Below are positions 23,782 to 36,760 of a stretch of DNA of 64,000 nucleotides, piece after piece (the first letter of the stretch is position 1; the number at the start of each line of letters is the position of its first letter). The notes under the pieces are model-generated. The model was given only the letters and a program-made list of their open reading frames with translations. It was not told the origin of the DNA and ran no database searches. Both the position numbers and the translations under genes were made by a program. Location: contig OZ176053.1 in assembly GCA_964247055.1 (NCBI GenBank), forward strand, positions 3,720,001 to 3,784,000, in the 5' to 3' direction. This DNA is from Paragordius varius. Its lineage: Eukaryota; Animalia; Nematomorpha.

Positions 23782-25337
23782 TTAACACAAATACATTATA
23801 TATAAAAAAATATTTAAATCATTGGTATATTTTTTATTTGAGTGAATGCGTATTAGCAGATTGTCATCACAAGAATTTGTCAAATTATATTTGACAGATA
23901 ACACGGCCTTTAAAGTCTCAACATTTAAATTTGATTTTTCCGATGTCCACATCTGATTTACTGTGGAAAAAACGCGCTCAGTAGCAGCGTTGGTTCCATT
24001 AATGTTATCCAATAAAAATGATCAATTTCATTAAATTGCACCGTCCAGTCTTCCAATAATCTTTACAGTTTGTATAAAACATTTTTAATGGAACAAGATA
24101 TCTTGGCGATTTATTAAGCCTTGTTTTTCTAAATTATTTATAATATTGCGATTGGTTACTGGTATAAAATTATTTTATAACCTTTCTACATTGGAATTTT
24201 AGGTTACTAACTTCATTGGCTACTTCGTTTGCCGAAGTTTTGTACTTTCTATCAATTTAATAACATTTTGAAAGAGAGAAGCTTGATTATGTAGGAACTC
24301 TAACCATATTGAAGAATCACTTTCAAAAAACTTTTCCAAAGTTGTAGGACATTTGTCCTGTGATAAAAAAATAGGATTTTAAAGTATCATTTTTTAAAAT
24401 TCCTTCGATAGCTGGCAGAAGAGCAAACCAACGAGTTTTACAATATCCAAGCATTTTTTTAATATTGAACTTCTGCATTTCCACAGAATTTTTTAAGCGT
24501 TTCAACGCGTACCGTGTATATAAAAATAGGAATATACATTAACAACTACATTTTCCACATCTAGGGGTAACAAATCAGCAGCTGTTTAAATAGCGTTGTG
24601 TGTTATAAGCGCTACACACCCAACGTCAATAATGGATTAAGATTATCTGTTAATTACTGAAAATTATTTTTTGTTTCCCTCCTTGCTTTTCCACCGAAGT
24701 TCGTATTGGTGTACCGCAATATGCGATGATTTTGTCTTTTAAAATATTTTTTCCTAGAATATTCATTATTGAAGTAAAATTATGTCTGAATTCGCACCGG
24801 GTAGAGAAATAAAACTTAAAATTTTAATTTTACTCCGGTTTCTGGACAAAATATTTTATTAACGTGGGAAATATTTTTGTTTCCTGATTTGATACATCAG
24901 AGTATGGCGATATGAAAATTTTCAGGAAATCTTTTTGTATTCAGAAAATGCATGTGGCGAAAGGACAATGCATACAATGCCTTCAGCCTTTGTACGGGCA
25001 CGAATAACATGTGAGGTACAATCCATAGATCTAATGGAATGATTGTAATTAACGCGTGAAAAGATGAAACGCCTTGGGCTAGTGCCAAATTCTTTTCTTC
25101 CTCTCCAAAAGCGGTTTTACGATAAAAATCCCTCATTTTGTGAGATGATGCCACCATATCTAAACATCTTTTATGTTTCTGTATTTCCATATGCTTTGTA
25201 ATATTATGCTTACCGCCATGTGGTAGAGTGAACCCCTAACAGAAAGTATTAACAAATGATTCATTTTTCGTTTTTTTGATAAAAGGAAATTCTTTCATTA
25301 AATCATCGTTAAATTTACAACCTCTTTTTGTACTCAT
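23782..25337 (-). pseudogene. hAT transposase pseudogene
   Basis: ATG at 25337; BED-finger remnant TFC*GFTLPHGGKHNITKHMEIQKH with an in-frame stop; LGYCKTRWFALLPAIE; C-terminal dimerisation motif NAATERVFSTVNQMWTSEKSNLNVETLKAVL; pieces lie in different frames. Confidence 0.9.
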
Positions 25338-25349
25338 ATTTTAAACTAA

Positions 25350-26425
25350 TCTATATATTTATAAAAATGGAAAATGCTGGCTTTGTGATCTGGTACCGGA
25401 AAACCGGTAGACCCATTCAAATCCAAAGTTCGAAAAAATATAATCATTAATGAATGCCCCAACAATAGCTTCGCCCTTTTTTTGAAATAGGCCCCCAGTT
25501 CGGGCCTACCCCGTGTGAAAAACGGTTTTTTTTAAAACAAGTCGACAAAATCGTGTCTTTGAGACAATTTTCTGGAGAACGTGTTGGACCATTCAATTTC
25601 AAATATGATTTTTGTTTACTTATTTTCGATTGCGCCGAACATAGTAAGCTCGCTTTTTTGATTAAGGCCCTCTTTTTACCCGCTCCCCCCGTAAAATGCA
25701 ATTTTTTTAAAAAACAAAGTCCACAAAAATAATTTTTTAAATCTATTTTTCGCCCTAGGTATGAGACCGTAAAAAAATATGGATTCCACGTATTCTCTGT
25801 TAAAAGGCAAAAATTTTAGTCAAGCGGTTCTTTGATGGTAGCTGCTGGGTAGGGAGCTACCCGCAAACTGATTCCTCATGTAACTTTGTGATCTGTTTCC
25901 GGAAAACCTGTGAACCCAATCAAATCCAAATATCGAAAAAATATAATCATTAATAAATGTCCCACAATAGCTTCGCCCTTTTTTTGAAATAGGCCCCCAG
26001 TTCGGGCCCACCCCGTCTGAAAAACGGTTTTTCTGAAAACAGAAATCCACAAAAATCGTGTCTTTGAAGAGACAATTTTCTGGAGAAAGTATCATTCAAT
26101 TTACTTATTTTCGATTGCGCCGAACATAGTCGTCTCGCTTTTGATTTAATCCCTCTTTTCCGCTCCCTTCGTAAAATGCCATTTTTTTCAAAAAACAAAG
26201 TCCACAAAAATAATTTTTTAAATCTATTTTTCGCCCTATTAAACAATATATTAATTAGTATGAATGCTCCGTTTAAAAATTCCTATAAAATCATATCTAT
26301 TAAATAATGTTTCGAAATAATCCACATATGTGGATCATTTTATTGTCCCTTATTTCAAATAGCCCTCCCCCCCAGAAGTCTGAAGGACTTATTCTGGCTG
26401 CGTAGCAGCACGAGATTTACGCTAG
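25350..26425 (+). mobile_element. Non-autonomous Helitron
   Basis: A|TCTATATATTTATAAAAATGG 5' end; 3' hairpin GCTGC-GTA-GCAGC (26397-26409) then CTAG|T; no TSD; internal ~500-nt duplication (25381 vs 25884); same termini as 41029-42967. Confidence 0.88.
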
Positions 26426-29419
26426 TATTAATATAAAAAATATTATATTACCTTAATTTTCTGGAGTAAACGTATAAGCTACCGTTGTGATATTAATTTG
26501 TCTTTGTGATAATGTTGGCAGTAGGATTAGGAAGCAAAGTGTATAATCATATGATATAAATTTGAAAATAAATATTTTTAATTTAAAAATAAAAAACTTT
26601 AATTTAAAATTGATACAGATTTTAAAGATAACTAATGATAATAAATTTAAACGGATAAAAAAAAAATAAATTTTATATAAAAAACTTAAATGTATTTAAA
26701 AAAATCTTTTTTTATATAATCGTGAAAAAGCGGGACATTTCAAAAACGCAGCGGGAGGCGGGACAAAGTGTGAAAAAGCGGGACTGTCCCGCCAAAAGCG
26801 GGACGTCTGGTCACCTTAACTATATATTGCTTTTTAGAGTCTATTGATTTATATCAATTATAGGTAAATAGTCTAATGTATATTCCAAAAAAATTTCACG
26901 TTTTTTTACTAGCATAGGGCAAAATTCAGGGTCAATTTAAGAGAACGTCTTGATTAATCTTGCAAGGGAAGAAATTTGCGGTCATTATTAAATTTATGAA
27001 GTGCACAATCATATCTGCGGGTCTATTACACAGAATGAATCAAATCTGTCTGCTAATTACAAGGGTCCTTAAATCATGCGCTATTTGAAGTATCTGCAGC
27101 CTTTATTATATTCAAAGATGCTCATATATTTTCCGGATATTAGATGCACGAAGCTAAAAATCCCTTGATTATTCTATCCCAGAAAATACAGTCGTCCATT
27201 ATGGGCCCTTTCTGGACCCGAGCAATAATTTTTAAAGCGTTTTTAACATAGGACGATCATAGACATTTGAAACGTAACAAAACTTTTGGAAAAACCACGA
27301 CTGTTGTTGTAAAAATGATGCTAATTCACATTAGTGCTAAAAGAAGTCAAGAGCCACTTTTTACTGTAATAATTGAAACTATAAAGACAAAACGTGAAAA
27401 CCAAACGACAAATATAACTATTAAAATGACAATCATAATTTTATTTTGAATTATATAATTGAGTTTTTACATCTCTATTTCCTATTTCCCAACCCAAAAT
27501 AATGGGTTATTTAAAAAAACCAAGATTTTAAAATAGTTGACTTTTTAAAATAGGGTCTTTAAATATTTACGTTTTGTGTGTGTAATTTCATTTTTTATTG
27601 TAAACCCACACCGTGGAAAAATTGGTGTTTCATAAAAAGCAACCATCAAGTATTAAAACCGAATTTCCGTAAATCGTGCAAGCTCCTTCTATCATTCATA
27701 GGTGTTTTTTATTCATTTTATGCGCCGTCAGAGCGATGCCATTTTTCTAAATTAATCACAATTGTTTTTCGCCAAAACAAAGTCCAAACAAATATTTCCA
27801 TTAAGCAATATTTTGGAAAACATATGTGACAATATAAATTTGATAATGACACTAGGTCCCCTTATGAAAGCGTAGATTAAACACGGTGGCAGCAAAAAAT
27901 ATACAGTTATGAAACACATATCATTGGATCTTTAATCTAATTAATATCGAAGCGTTGACAGGTTAGAAAAATGATACTTTGATTTTACAATAGCTAAAAT
28001 CAAAAAATAATATATTTGTCGCATATTAAGTCGATTAAATTAAATACAATATAGAACGCAACAACGAAATTTTATTTATTAGTAATTATAAGGATATTCC
28101 TTAACGCAAAATATTATTGATAAAGATTAAACATTTTTCAGAAGGTCTTAAAGGTAGAAAAATTAAGGCTAAAAATCGCTTTTTGGCTCCTAAATTCGAA
28201 TCAAATAAACTTGTTATTATGCGGTAATATTAATTTTTATTTTATCTAAAATCGCGTAATAATTTAAGGCAAAAGAAATTTTTGATAATTTGCAACGAAT
28301 CAGAAGTATAATTTTTCAAAACATTTAATATATATTATATACTTTTCTATTTATTTCGATAGAAAAAAAAGATTTATCAGCTAAGTTTTTAGATTTAAGA
28401 AGTTTTTATACCCAAAAGCTCCAATAGCTCAAATGACACCAACATGTTGAATACAACTTTCAAGCCTAAAAAGTCCCTAAATTAAAAAGAGCCAATATAT
28501 CTTTTTTCATGGAATTGTATAGAAAAAGTATTTTTAATATATATTAGATGTTTTGTAAAAATTATACGCTACTTCCGTTCTGGTGTAATTTTTAAAAAAT
28601 TTCTTTTTTATAAAAGGCAAACACGATATATTGTATAACTCTAAATATATAGTAAATATATGATAGTTAAAAGGAAAATTAAAATCTTTTACCGCATAAT
28701 TACAAGTTTATTTGATTAATTTATTACAAAGTAATAATTTATGTGGGAAAGATCAAGTTAAAAAAGATGTGTCTTGATGTTGTTACTTTTTATCTGTGTA
28801 ATTTTTTTTCCTGTACTATAAAATTGGCACAAAATGGAATTATATAATTTTTGAGGCGCATTACAGTAAAAATTGAAATTATACGGACAAACGTAATATA
28901 AAGAGAAAATTTAAAAAATCGAGATTTAAAAGTTATGGTTTTCTTTTAAAAATTTCTTTATATTTAGGGTTTGTCTGTATATAATTTTCTCTGTATTAAA
29001 AAACATTTTTGAAAATTACTAAATTTATAGTTTATTAACGCTAGTCCGCAAAAGATTATATTTTTACTTTAAAAATTGTCAATATCAAGATGGTGGATTT
29101 TTGAAATTTTAAGAGGCAAAATTGAATAATAAATACGTATATTTTATAACTTTATATTTTGCTATAATTATTTTTTTTAAATGCGTAAAATTCCATTGTA
29201 TATATTAAATGGCTTTATGAATCTTTATATATAATTGATTAAAAATAATATCTACCCATCGCATTTTATGAAAGTTTTATTCTCTTTCTAATATAATTTT
29301 TGGTCGATACATCTATCATAAATTCAAAAGAAAAAAGCATCCAGTACATATCCAAATTCACTTTATTACTTCATGTGGTAATTTTATATCCAAGAAAAAT
29401 TTAAATATATTTAAGGTAT

Positions 29420-29940
29420 TAAATATACTTTCCTTGCCTTTTTTGCATGCGTTAAAAATTTTATTAAATAAAATTGGGAAAAAAATCATCATCCCAAACT
29501 TTTGCGTCGCCATTTTCTTTAAAAGTTTTAAATCGCTGATACTAATCCTAGAAAAATTTGAATATAAAGTATTTAAATTACGCCGAATTTTAAAATATGC
29601 TTTCTTTACCTTTTTTTGCATGCGTAAAAAAATTTCATCTTAAACTTTTTCGCCACTATTTTTTTCCTTAAATTATCACTGATACTAGAGAATTAAAATT
29701 ATGGTTCAATAAAATTAATAATTATTATCATCAAAAAGCTTTCAGGCTATATTTCAGCAAATTCTTGATATTTATCTAAAATCAGCTGTTGATTTCAATC
29801 GTGTTTTAAAGATCTCCCAATTTTAGACTCTAGTTAAAAAAGTATAAAAAAATAATTTTTATCTAATGCATGAGAACAATGTTTGATAATTAAATCAAAA
29901 AGAAATCAACTCTCAAAACAGCAGTTTAATTAGTTACAAG
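29420..29940 (+). mobile_element. Family B MITE body with internal ~150-nt tandem duplication
   Basis: Matches 8750-9100 and 53920-54320; ccttttttgcatgcgt(t/a)aaaa...(c)gctgatact occurs twice (~29430 and ~29605). Confidence 0.55.
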
Positions 29941-30215
29941 ATTAAGATACATAATTACACTAAAATGTCAACACAAACAAAAAAATGAAAATGTAATGAG
30001 TATAAACTGACATAACGCAAAAATACAGACAAATATTTTTCAAAAAGAACAACCATACTTTTTTACATTTTTATTTTACCCTTAAACAATAAAGCTATTA
30101 GATGGATTTGAAAAAAGAGAATAAAAAAGTAACGCGTTTTTGGAAAAAATATTTATCCATATTTACGTTTTGTGTTTATTTAATTTGTATGTAAAGGTGA
30201 AATAGTGATTAAAAT

Positions 30216-30555
30216 CAGTGGTCTCCAACACTAATGACTTACCATGCTGCATTTTTGACTCGAAAAACGCGGGTCGAATAAAAAAAATATTTGGAAAATA
30301 AATAGTTATTATATTTTTTAAGAAAACAATAACAAGTATAAATGCTTTTATATTTACCTGATAGTTTCTTACTTAAATTTGAATGGTGTTCAGAAATAAA
30401 TTTTTTATGAACAAACCAATCATTCTAGAATTAAAAAGTTAAGAAACGGTTCCATATTTTTGATATATTTGAAAATGAGAATTATTCGTAGGTCCCACAA
30501 TATAAAATCTCGAAAGACCGCGTAGGCTCGCAGGGCCCGTGTTGGACATCCGGAG
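30216..30555. mobile_element. hAT MITE (degenerate right TIR)
   Basis: Left TIR CAGTGGTCTCCAACAC; right end ggcccGTGTTGGACATCC; no clear TSD. Confidence 0.55.
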
Positions 30556-32124
30556 TGACATTATATATTTTAAAAAAATCTTAAGGATGAAACTAATCAA
30601 AAATCACAACCAATAATTATTATTTTTTAGATTCAAAATATAATAAAATACTTATAAATGGCGCGCGTGTCGCCAAGGATATTAGAAAAAATTTGTAATT
30701 ATATTCTAAAATAAAATTAACATTGCATTTTAAAATAATTTTCCTGCCCCGAAAGCAATATCAACTCAAATATCAGTGTTTTGATATAATTAGCACAAAA
30801 GTGGAAACTTATTTAAATGACTATTAAAAACAAAACAGCTTAAAGTTCTTAAACTCTATTACACATTCATTTCAGAATATATATGACTCAAGATTTCTAA
30901 CTTGTAAATTTTAATTATCATTATAAAATATAAGATATAACGTGCACTTTCGTATTTAATTAGCTTTAATTTAAAATCACTTTGGAGCAAAATATACGCC
31001 AAATAAATATATGTGCGCATTAATGAATTCAATTTACAGTATATAATTATAGATTCAAAAGACCGATGTTTTTTTTAAACTTGAGTATTTTATTACAACT
31101 TATTGTTTTAAATTGCATAAAAGGAAATAGAGATGTATATTTGTAACGCATTATATGGATTACATTTGTAATTAAATAATTTATATAAGAAAAATCAGGG
31201 TTTAAAAGGTATGGTTGTCTTTAGTAAAAAATATTGTCTTTATATTTTTACGTTTTGTCCGTAGTAGATGAGTAAGAATTTTATGTCTTTGCCTTTTGGG
31301 TCTAAGGGCTTATAATATTTACACTTTTGTGGTATTCAAAAAATCACAAATTAGCTAATTTTCTTAGAAAGCCAAAGGCCTAATTTCAATCTACATCATT
31401 ATTTATATTATTTAAAATAATTCGATGTGGGTTCCGACATCTTAAATTGCGCACTATTTTTAATATATACGACATCAAAACAGGGTATTTTTAATAAAAT
31501 AGCTTTCTTTGCAAAGCAATTAAATTACAGTAAAAATTGAAATATACGGACACAACTGGAAAAATAACAGACAAATAACCCTAAAAAACAACCATATTTT
31601 CGAAACCTTGATTTTTTTAACACATGCTAACTTTTTTGGCTCGCAAATACAATGGTGATGTAAATTGGTTACATTTTCTTTTCTAAATTTCCAAGTAACC
31701 ATATAGTTTATGTAGCAAATATCTAGCTTAGTATGGTTGCCTTTTAGAAAAAAATATTTTATTTATATTTTCACGTTTAGTCCGTATAATTAATTTCTGT
31801 TAATAATTATCGTTCTATTAATTTTCTATTTAATTTTCGATCATTATATTACAGATTTTCAACTGTTGTTACAAAACATAATCAATCCGTCATTTACCAT
31901 TACAATAATATCATCCTTATCTTATGTTTCTTAACAAAATAGAGTGCTTCTAAGTTAATAAATTGATTTCTATGATATCCCTATGTAGCTATACTCAAAA
32001 TCTAGGGTAACCTAGTGTTGATATTCGGTTTATTTTCAAATTTTCAGTTTAATTTTCATAAATGTCAATTAAATTTAATTTAAATTCGTATAACCGACTG
32101 CATTTGACCAAAATTGCAAAGTTG

Positions 32125-32188
32125 CATATATATATTTATATATATATATATATGTATATTATATAATATATATATATATATATATATG
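32125..32188. repeat. (TA)n-rich microsatellite; others at ~22700, ~38755, ~43453, ~55068
   Basis: Directly visible TA runs. Confidence 0.9.
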
Positions 32189-32194
32189 CGAAAT

Positions 32195-32298
32195 CGATAT
32201 GTGAAAACCCCAAGTCAAATAGTTGGGTCGTACTGATGAGTGCTAACAAGCACGAAACTAGTGTGCGATTACTATTGAAGAAAGGGTTTCACATATCG
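32195..32298 (+). ncRNA. Type I minimal hammerhead ribozyme with extended helix I
   Basis: CTGATGA (32233-39), stem II GTGCT-AACA-AGCAC, GAAA (32254-57), palindromic ACTAGT stem III, helix I GGTCGTA/TGCGATT extended by AATAGT/ACTATT and CGATATGTGAAAACCC/GGGTTTCACATATCG; cleavage position 32263 is G. Confidence 0.85.
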
Positions 32299-33394
32299 TT
32301 TATAATTTCTGTTAAAAATTATCGTTCTATTAATTTTATATTTAATTTTTGATTATCATTATATTACGGATTTTACAACTCTTATTTTTAATGTATAAGC
32401 CCAATTTATTTTTTGAATTTTATGGTATATTGAACTATTGTACGAACGGTATATTAACATATTACCTTTTGAACGATTACACTTTGGGGTTTTTTACATC
32501 TCAGAGATAAATGTTATAAATAGTTTATTAATAATATTTCATACTATTTTACGAACATATATTTCAATAACTAAATTTAATTTTTAAATAATCAGCAAAA
32601 TATTAGCATTTCAGCCTATCACTGTTATAACTTAAAACCTAGGATCATATTTTGGAATATTGGAACAGGACAGCAAACAAGCTAATAACAGAAAAATTTA
32701 AATTAGAATGACATAAAACATAATAACAAAAAGACTAATAATATCTGTGTAAAAAAGACAACCATAATTTTTGACTCTTCGAAAAAATTAAAAGAGTAAT
32801 TAATTTCTAATTAAAAAGGACCGTATTTAACGTGATTTTCTGACTCATTCTTCATGTTTGCGTTAAAAAAAGTAGGAAATTCTATCAGTTGAAAACATGA
32901 TTGCTTTTTGAAGAAAAATATGTCTACAGCACAAATCACTTATCAACTACTATATTTTACCCAAACACTCACTTGATAAGGTGTTCAGAAAAGAAGACAA
33001 ATAGCGTTTTATTTTATTATATTATTTTGATATATCTTATATTTATGATTTTAATTTCTAATCACATTTAACGCCAATATTTGGATTTGTAGTTCTATTA
33101 AAATGCGAAATTCCTCCAAATCTATTTTTTAGGCTTTGTTTGTAAATATTTAATTTTTATTGTATTTAAATATATTACGAAAGGTTATAATAGTGAGGGG
33201 GTGCATAATAATAGGGAGTCATTGTTAATGAACGTTCTAAAAAACTTAAATGAGCATTCAAATTTATGTAAAGTTTATGTTTTCCATGTTTTGAAGCAGG
33301 GATGTTTAACAAAATGGGTCGCAGGCCGCCTTTCAAATATAAATATAAACATTTATAAATAATATATTAAATTTCAATAAACATTTTAATGTAT

Positions 33395-33690
33395 AATGAG
33401 TTATTTAAGCCCGAAAACACATAATTTAGTTTTTGGTTAAATTTAAATTGTTGAAGGGTGTATATGAATTGTTCCTAGGTGAATTTGTTTGAATAGTAAA
33501 TGGTATACTTACAATTTGCAATCTGAGTTCATCAAAAAATTTTCATATCTAATCCTTATTCTACAACTTAAATCAATGATATAAAATAAAAAAATCAATT
33601 TAAAAATTATCATATCTTTTAGAAAAAAATTATTATTTTTTATTACGTTTTGTCCGTATAATTTAAATTTTTACTGTATAAATTACTTAT
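33395..33690. mobile_element. Family A MITE half copy
   Basis: gagttatttaagcccgaaaacacataattt, inverted tandem units, AAATGGTA ending at 33505, then the ttacgttttgtccgtataattt arm. Confidence 0.55.
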
Positions 33691-34729
33691 ATATACATTT
33701 GAATTTCAGGGGGCCAACTCACACTTAACAGAAATAATCATATAAACTCAAATAACAACCCTGGAAACAATAATAAAAATTCTCGTTTAAAAACTACATT
33801 TGTACATTCGACACCCCAAAAACCATCTTCGAACAGTAATTAAAGCAATTAAGGCTTTAAAAATCAAAAACTATATAAATGTTTTAAAATATATATAAAA
33901 ATACTAAATTTGGGAAAAATTATTTGATATATTTAACAATGTTAAAAAACTTTTATCCTTAAATATTTTAACCATATTAAATATTTAATAAATTGAAAAA
34001 TATTTTAATCTGAATTTCATGATTAAAAATTCCACTATATTTATCGAATTTTTATATATCTCGTTTTTACTATAAGCATATCATGTTACTAACTCCAACC
34101 CTAAATTGTAATAGTAATGTTCGACATTCAAATTATTTTTTTGAATATTTTTGAATAATTCATTCTTTGATAATAAATCATTTTAAACTTTTTTGGATGT
34201 AAAAATATATTTTCTATATTATAAATTCACCCAATATAGATATTTAAAATGTAAATTACCTTGCAATTTTCCAAAAAACCGGTATCATTTTAAAATAATG
34301 CTTATTTTTAATTCATTTATAATGTGCCATCCTTAGTTGAGCCACTTTTTTGTATTTGACCCTGTGTTCTGCCTGTAAGAACGCCACCTTTAGTAGAACA
34401 AAAAATCGCCGTAATCAATATTCCACAAAACGTGTGGCTCCATTTAAATTCAATCATGGCTATCTCATTTTCCTTTATTAATGCGCTGATCAAAGTCGGG
34501 CCACCATTTTAAAAACCTAATTTAAACTTGAATGGGTACAACTAGTATATTTAGTAATATAAATTTTATCATATTCAAAAAGTATTTAATTTTTGATATA
34601 AAATCAAACATTGTTTTCAATAGGTATATATGGTGAAAAGACGAAAATTTATAGAAAAACATTTATTGGTATTTTTATGAGGAATTCAAAAGGGTTCATT
34701 CGGCATGTTTTTGAGACAACGACATTGGA

Positions 34730-35691
34730 TTAATATTTAGCACTCAAAAATGTTCCCACGCCATATATACCAGTGTTTAAGTACCCAAATATCTAAATAA
34801 AATATATAATCATAGATTTATATATTTACACTTTTCATAAAATAATATTTTGGGACGGAACTAAAGTCATCAAGTATTTTTAAAGACGGTCTCAGTCAGT
34901 TTAGGGCAATTTCACCCTTTTTATAAAGTTCATTTTTTATACCCTATAAGTAATAATAGGTTGCAATTTTTTTATCAAATATTGACAGAATTAGCATTCA
35001 CAAGAATTTTTATTGGCCTGAAGATATAACAATAAAAAAATATATTTTTTTGTTTTAGCGAATTTATTTATAATTGATTACCGCAGCAAAAGTGTAGGCG
35101 GTGACATTGGCTTCTGAAACCAGAACATAGGTAGAGCTCATTGCACACAAAATTGAAGCGCAGATATAAAATCCCAGCTCCTAATTAATTAAACAGGATC
35201 CAGATATACTATTTAAAAATTTTTTTTAAGAAAACCTTTTAAAAATTAAATACTTTGGCCTGTCTGGAAAATCGTAGCCAATGATAATTATATATGCACG
35301 ATATTTAAAAATATTTTTAGTGTGACTTTAAATTTAAAACAAGAGTCTTAAAATGAAATTACATAATAATTTTAGCTGAATATACCGCTTTATTCCATGA
35401 GAAGATGATGCGATCGTAAAGTGCAAAAAGCAATACTATTAAAAGAGTTGCAGTTAAAATAAGGCAAATAATCGTTATTATCATTAAAAAGGTGTGGGGC
35501 CAAGCTCGTCTAGCTTCTGGAACGATCAAACACAAAATGCATAATATTCCAAATATCTATATTCAAATACATTTTATCAATTATAAAATATAATGTATTT
35601 TAGGATTGGACATACAACATATATAAAAACTGATTGCTTTACAGTAATTCACCTTCATAAGAGACTCCAATTTTGGAAAAAAACGCATCAT
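34730..35691 (-). CDS. MARVEL-domain four-TM protein (CMTM/plasmolipin-like), paralog 1
   Basis: Exons 35556-35386 (IFGILCILCLIVP...FSWNKA), 35180-35082 (ELGFYICASILCAMS...YTFAA), 34792-34730 (IFGYLNTGIYGVGTFLSAKY*), all phase 0. First exon tentative (ATG 35691, MMRFFPKLESLMK, donor after 35653). Confidence 0.8.
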
Positions 35692-35739
35692 GACTCTTTC
35701 TAAATATATATATTTATATATATGGCAAAAAAATTTGAC

Positions 35740-36760
35740 ATTTGAAATATCGAGAGAAAATCAAAATTGGGCAAAAAGTGAAAATTAAGGATAATTAAAA
35801 AATAATGATAAAACGTGTATTAGGTTTATTATCATTTTGGGAGATATTTTCAATATATAAATAGGCTATCATATTGTTAGGGTTTATAAAACTCAGATCA
35901 AAATATCGTGTTTTTCCTTTAACATTAAATGACAATTTTTTTTATTAAATTACATTAAAATATTTTTTTAATTATTTATTATCTAAACTCATTATTAAAA
36001 TCCTAACATTCATATTTTATTCAGTAAAAATAATTTATTTAAAATAAAATTAATACAAGATTGTTTTTTTAATTTTTTGCCATCTAGTTTATGAGTTGAT
36101 AATAAATTTACTGTTTTATTTTGGAATCTTATATGAGCGGCAATTATAAATTATAAATTAGAGCAAAATAGGATTTATACCAGTAGTGAAATATAAACTG
36201 AAAATCCGTACAAATTTCATTAAAAATATCTTGTTTTAACACAAACTGGGTTACAGGGATTTGTACGGATTTTTTATTAATATTCCACTATTTGTGTATA
36301 TGATCTTGTATTTATATTCTTTAGAATTCTCGATCATTTAAGATTTCAAAATAAAACAGCAAATTTATTATACGCTCACAAACCAGATGACAAATAATGA
36401 AAAAATATTTTTTTAATTTTATTTTGATATTATAATATTTTTTACTGTATAAAATATGAATGTTAAGATTTTAATAGTGGGTTTAGCTAGTAAATAATCA
36501 AAATTTTAATATAGTTCATAATTTTTTTGCGTATTAGGTATGTTAAAGGAAAAACAGGATTTACCTGAGTTTTAATAATAGCTATAACTATATGATTTTG
36601 ATCAATAATATATTGTAAATATCTGATAAGATAATAATAATTTTATCTAAAGTTTAATCATCATTTTAATTAAACTTTTTCCCTTTTTGCTCAATTTCAA
36701 TTTCCTTTCATAGGTCGTCAACAAATAAAAATTTTGCGGTAAGTGAATTCGCTGGTTATA
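35740..36760. repeat. ~1-kb imperfect palindrome of two inverted family F arms
   Basis: 35740-36225 is the reverse complement of 36235-36760; innermost AAAATCCGTACAAAT / ATTTGTACGGATTTT flank a ~40-nt spacer. Confidence 0.75.

Larger units (their letters stand above)
23656..26818 (-). mobile_element. hAT DNA transposon (Blackjack-like TIRs) carrying a transposase pseudogene and a nested Helitron
   Basis: 13-bp TIR TAAGGTGACCAGA / TCTGGTCACCTTA; perfect 8-bp TSD ACTATATA (23648-23655, 26819-26826); subterminal AAAAGCGGGAC repeats. Confidence 0.95.
31791..32380 (+). repeat. ~512-nt unit bounded by ~75-nt direct repeats and containing the hammerhead motif (retrozyme/Penelope-pLTR-like)
   Basis: taatttctgttaa(t/a)aattatcgttctattaatttt...tcattatattac(a/g)gatttt occurs at 31791-31864 and 32303-32380. 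Confidence 0.6.

Noticed and set aside
25447-26246. ORFs 25447-25701, 25820-26095, 25950-26246 and 42706-42954 sharing GPNWGPISKKGRSY-like peptides
   Set aside because: They are translations of the repeated Helitron module, occur on different strands and frames, and have no domain signature.
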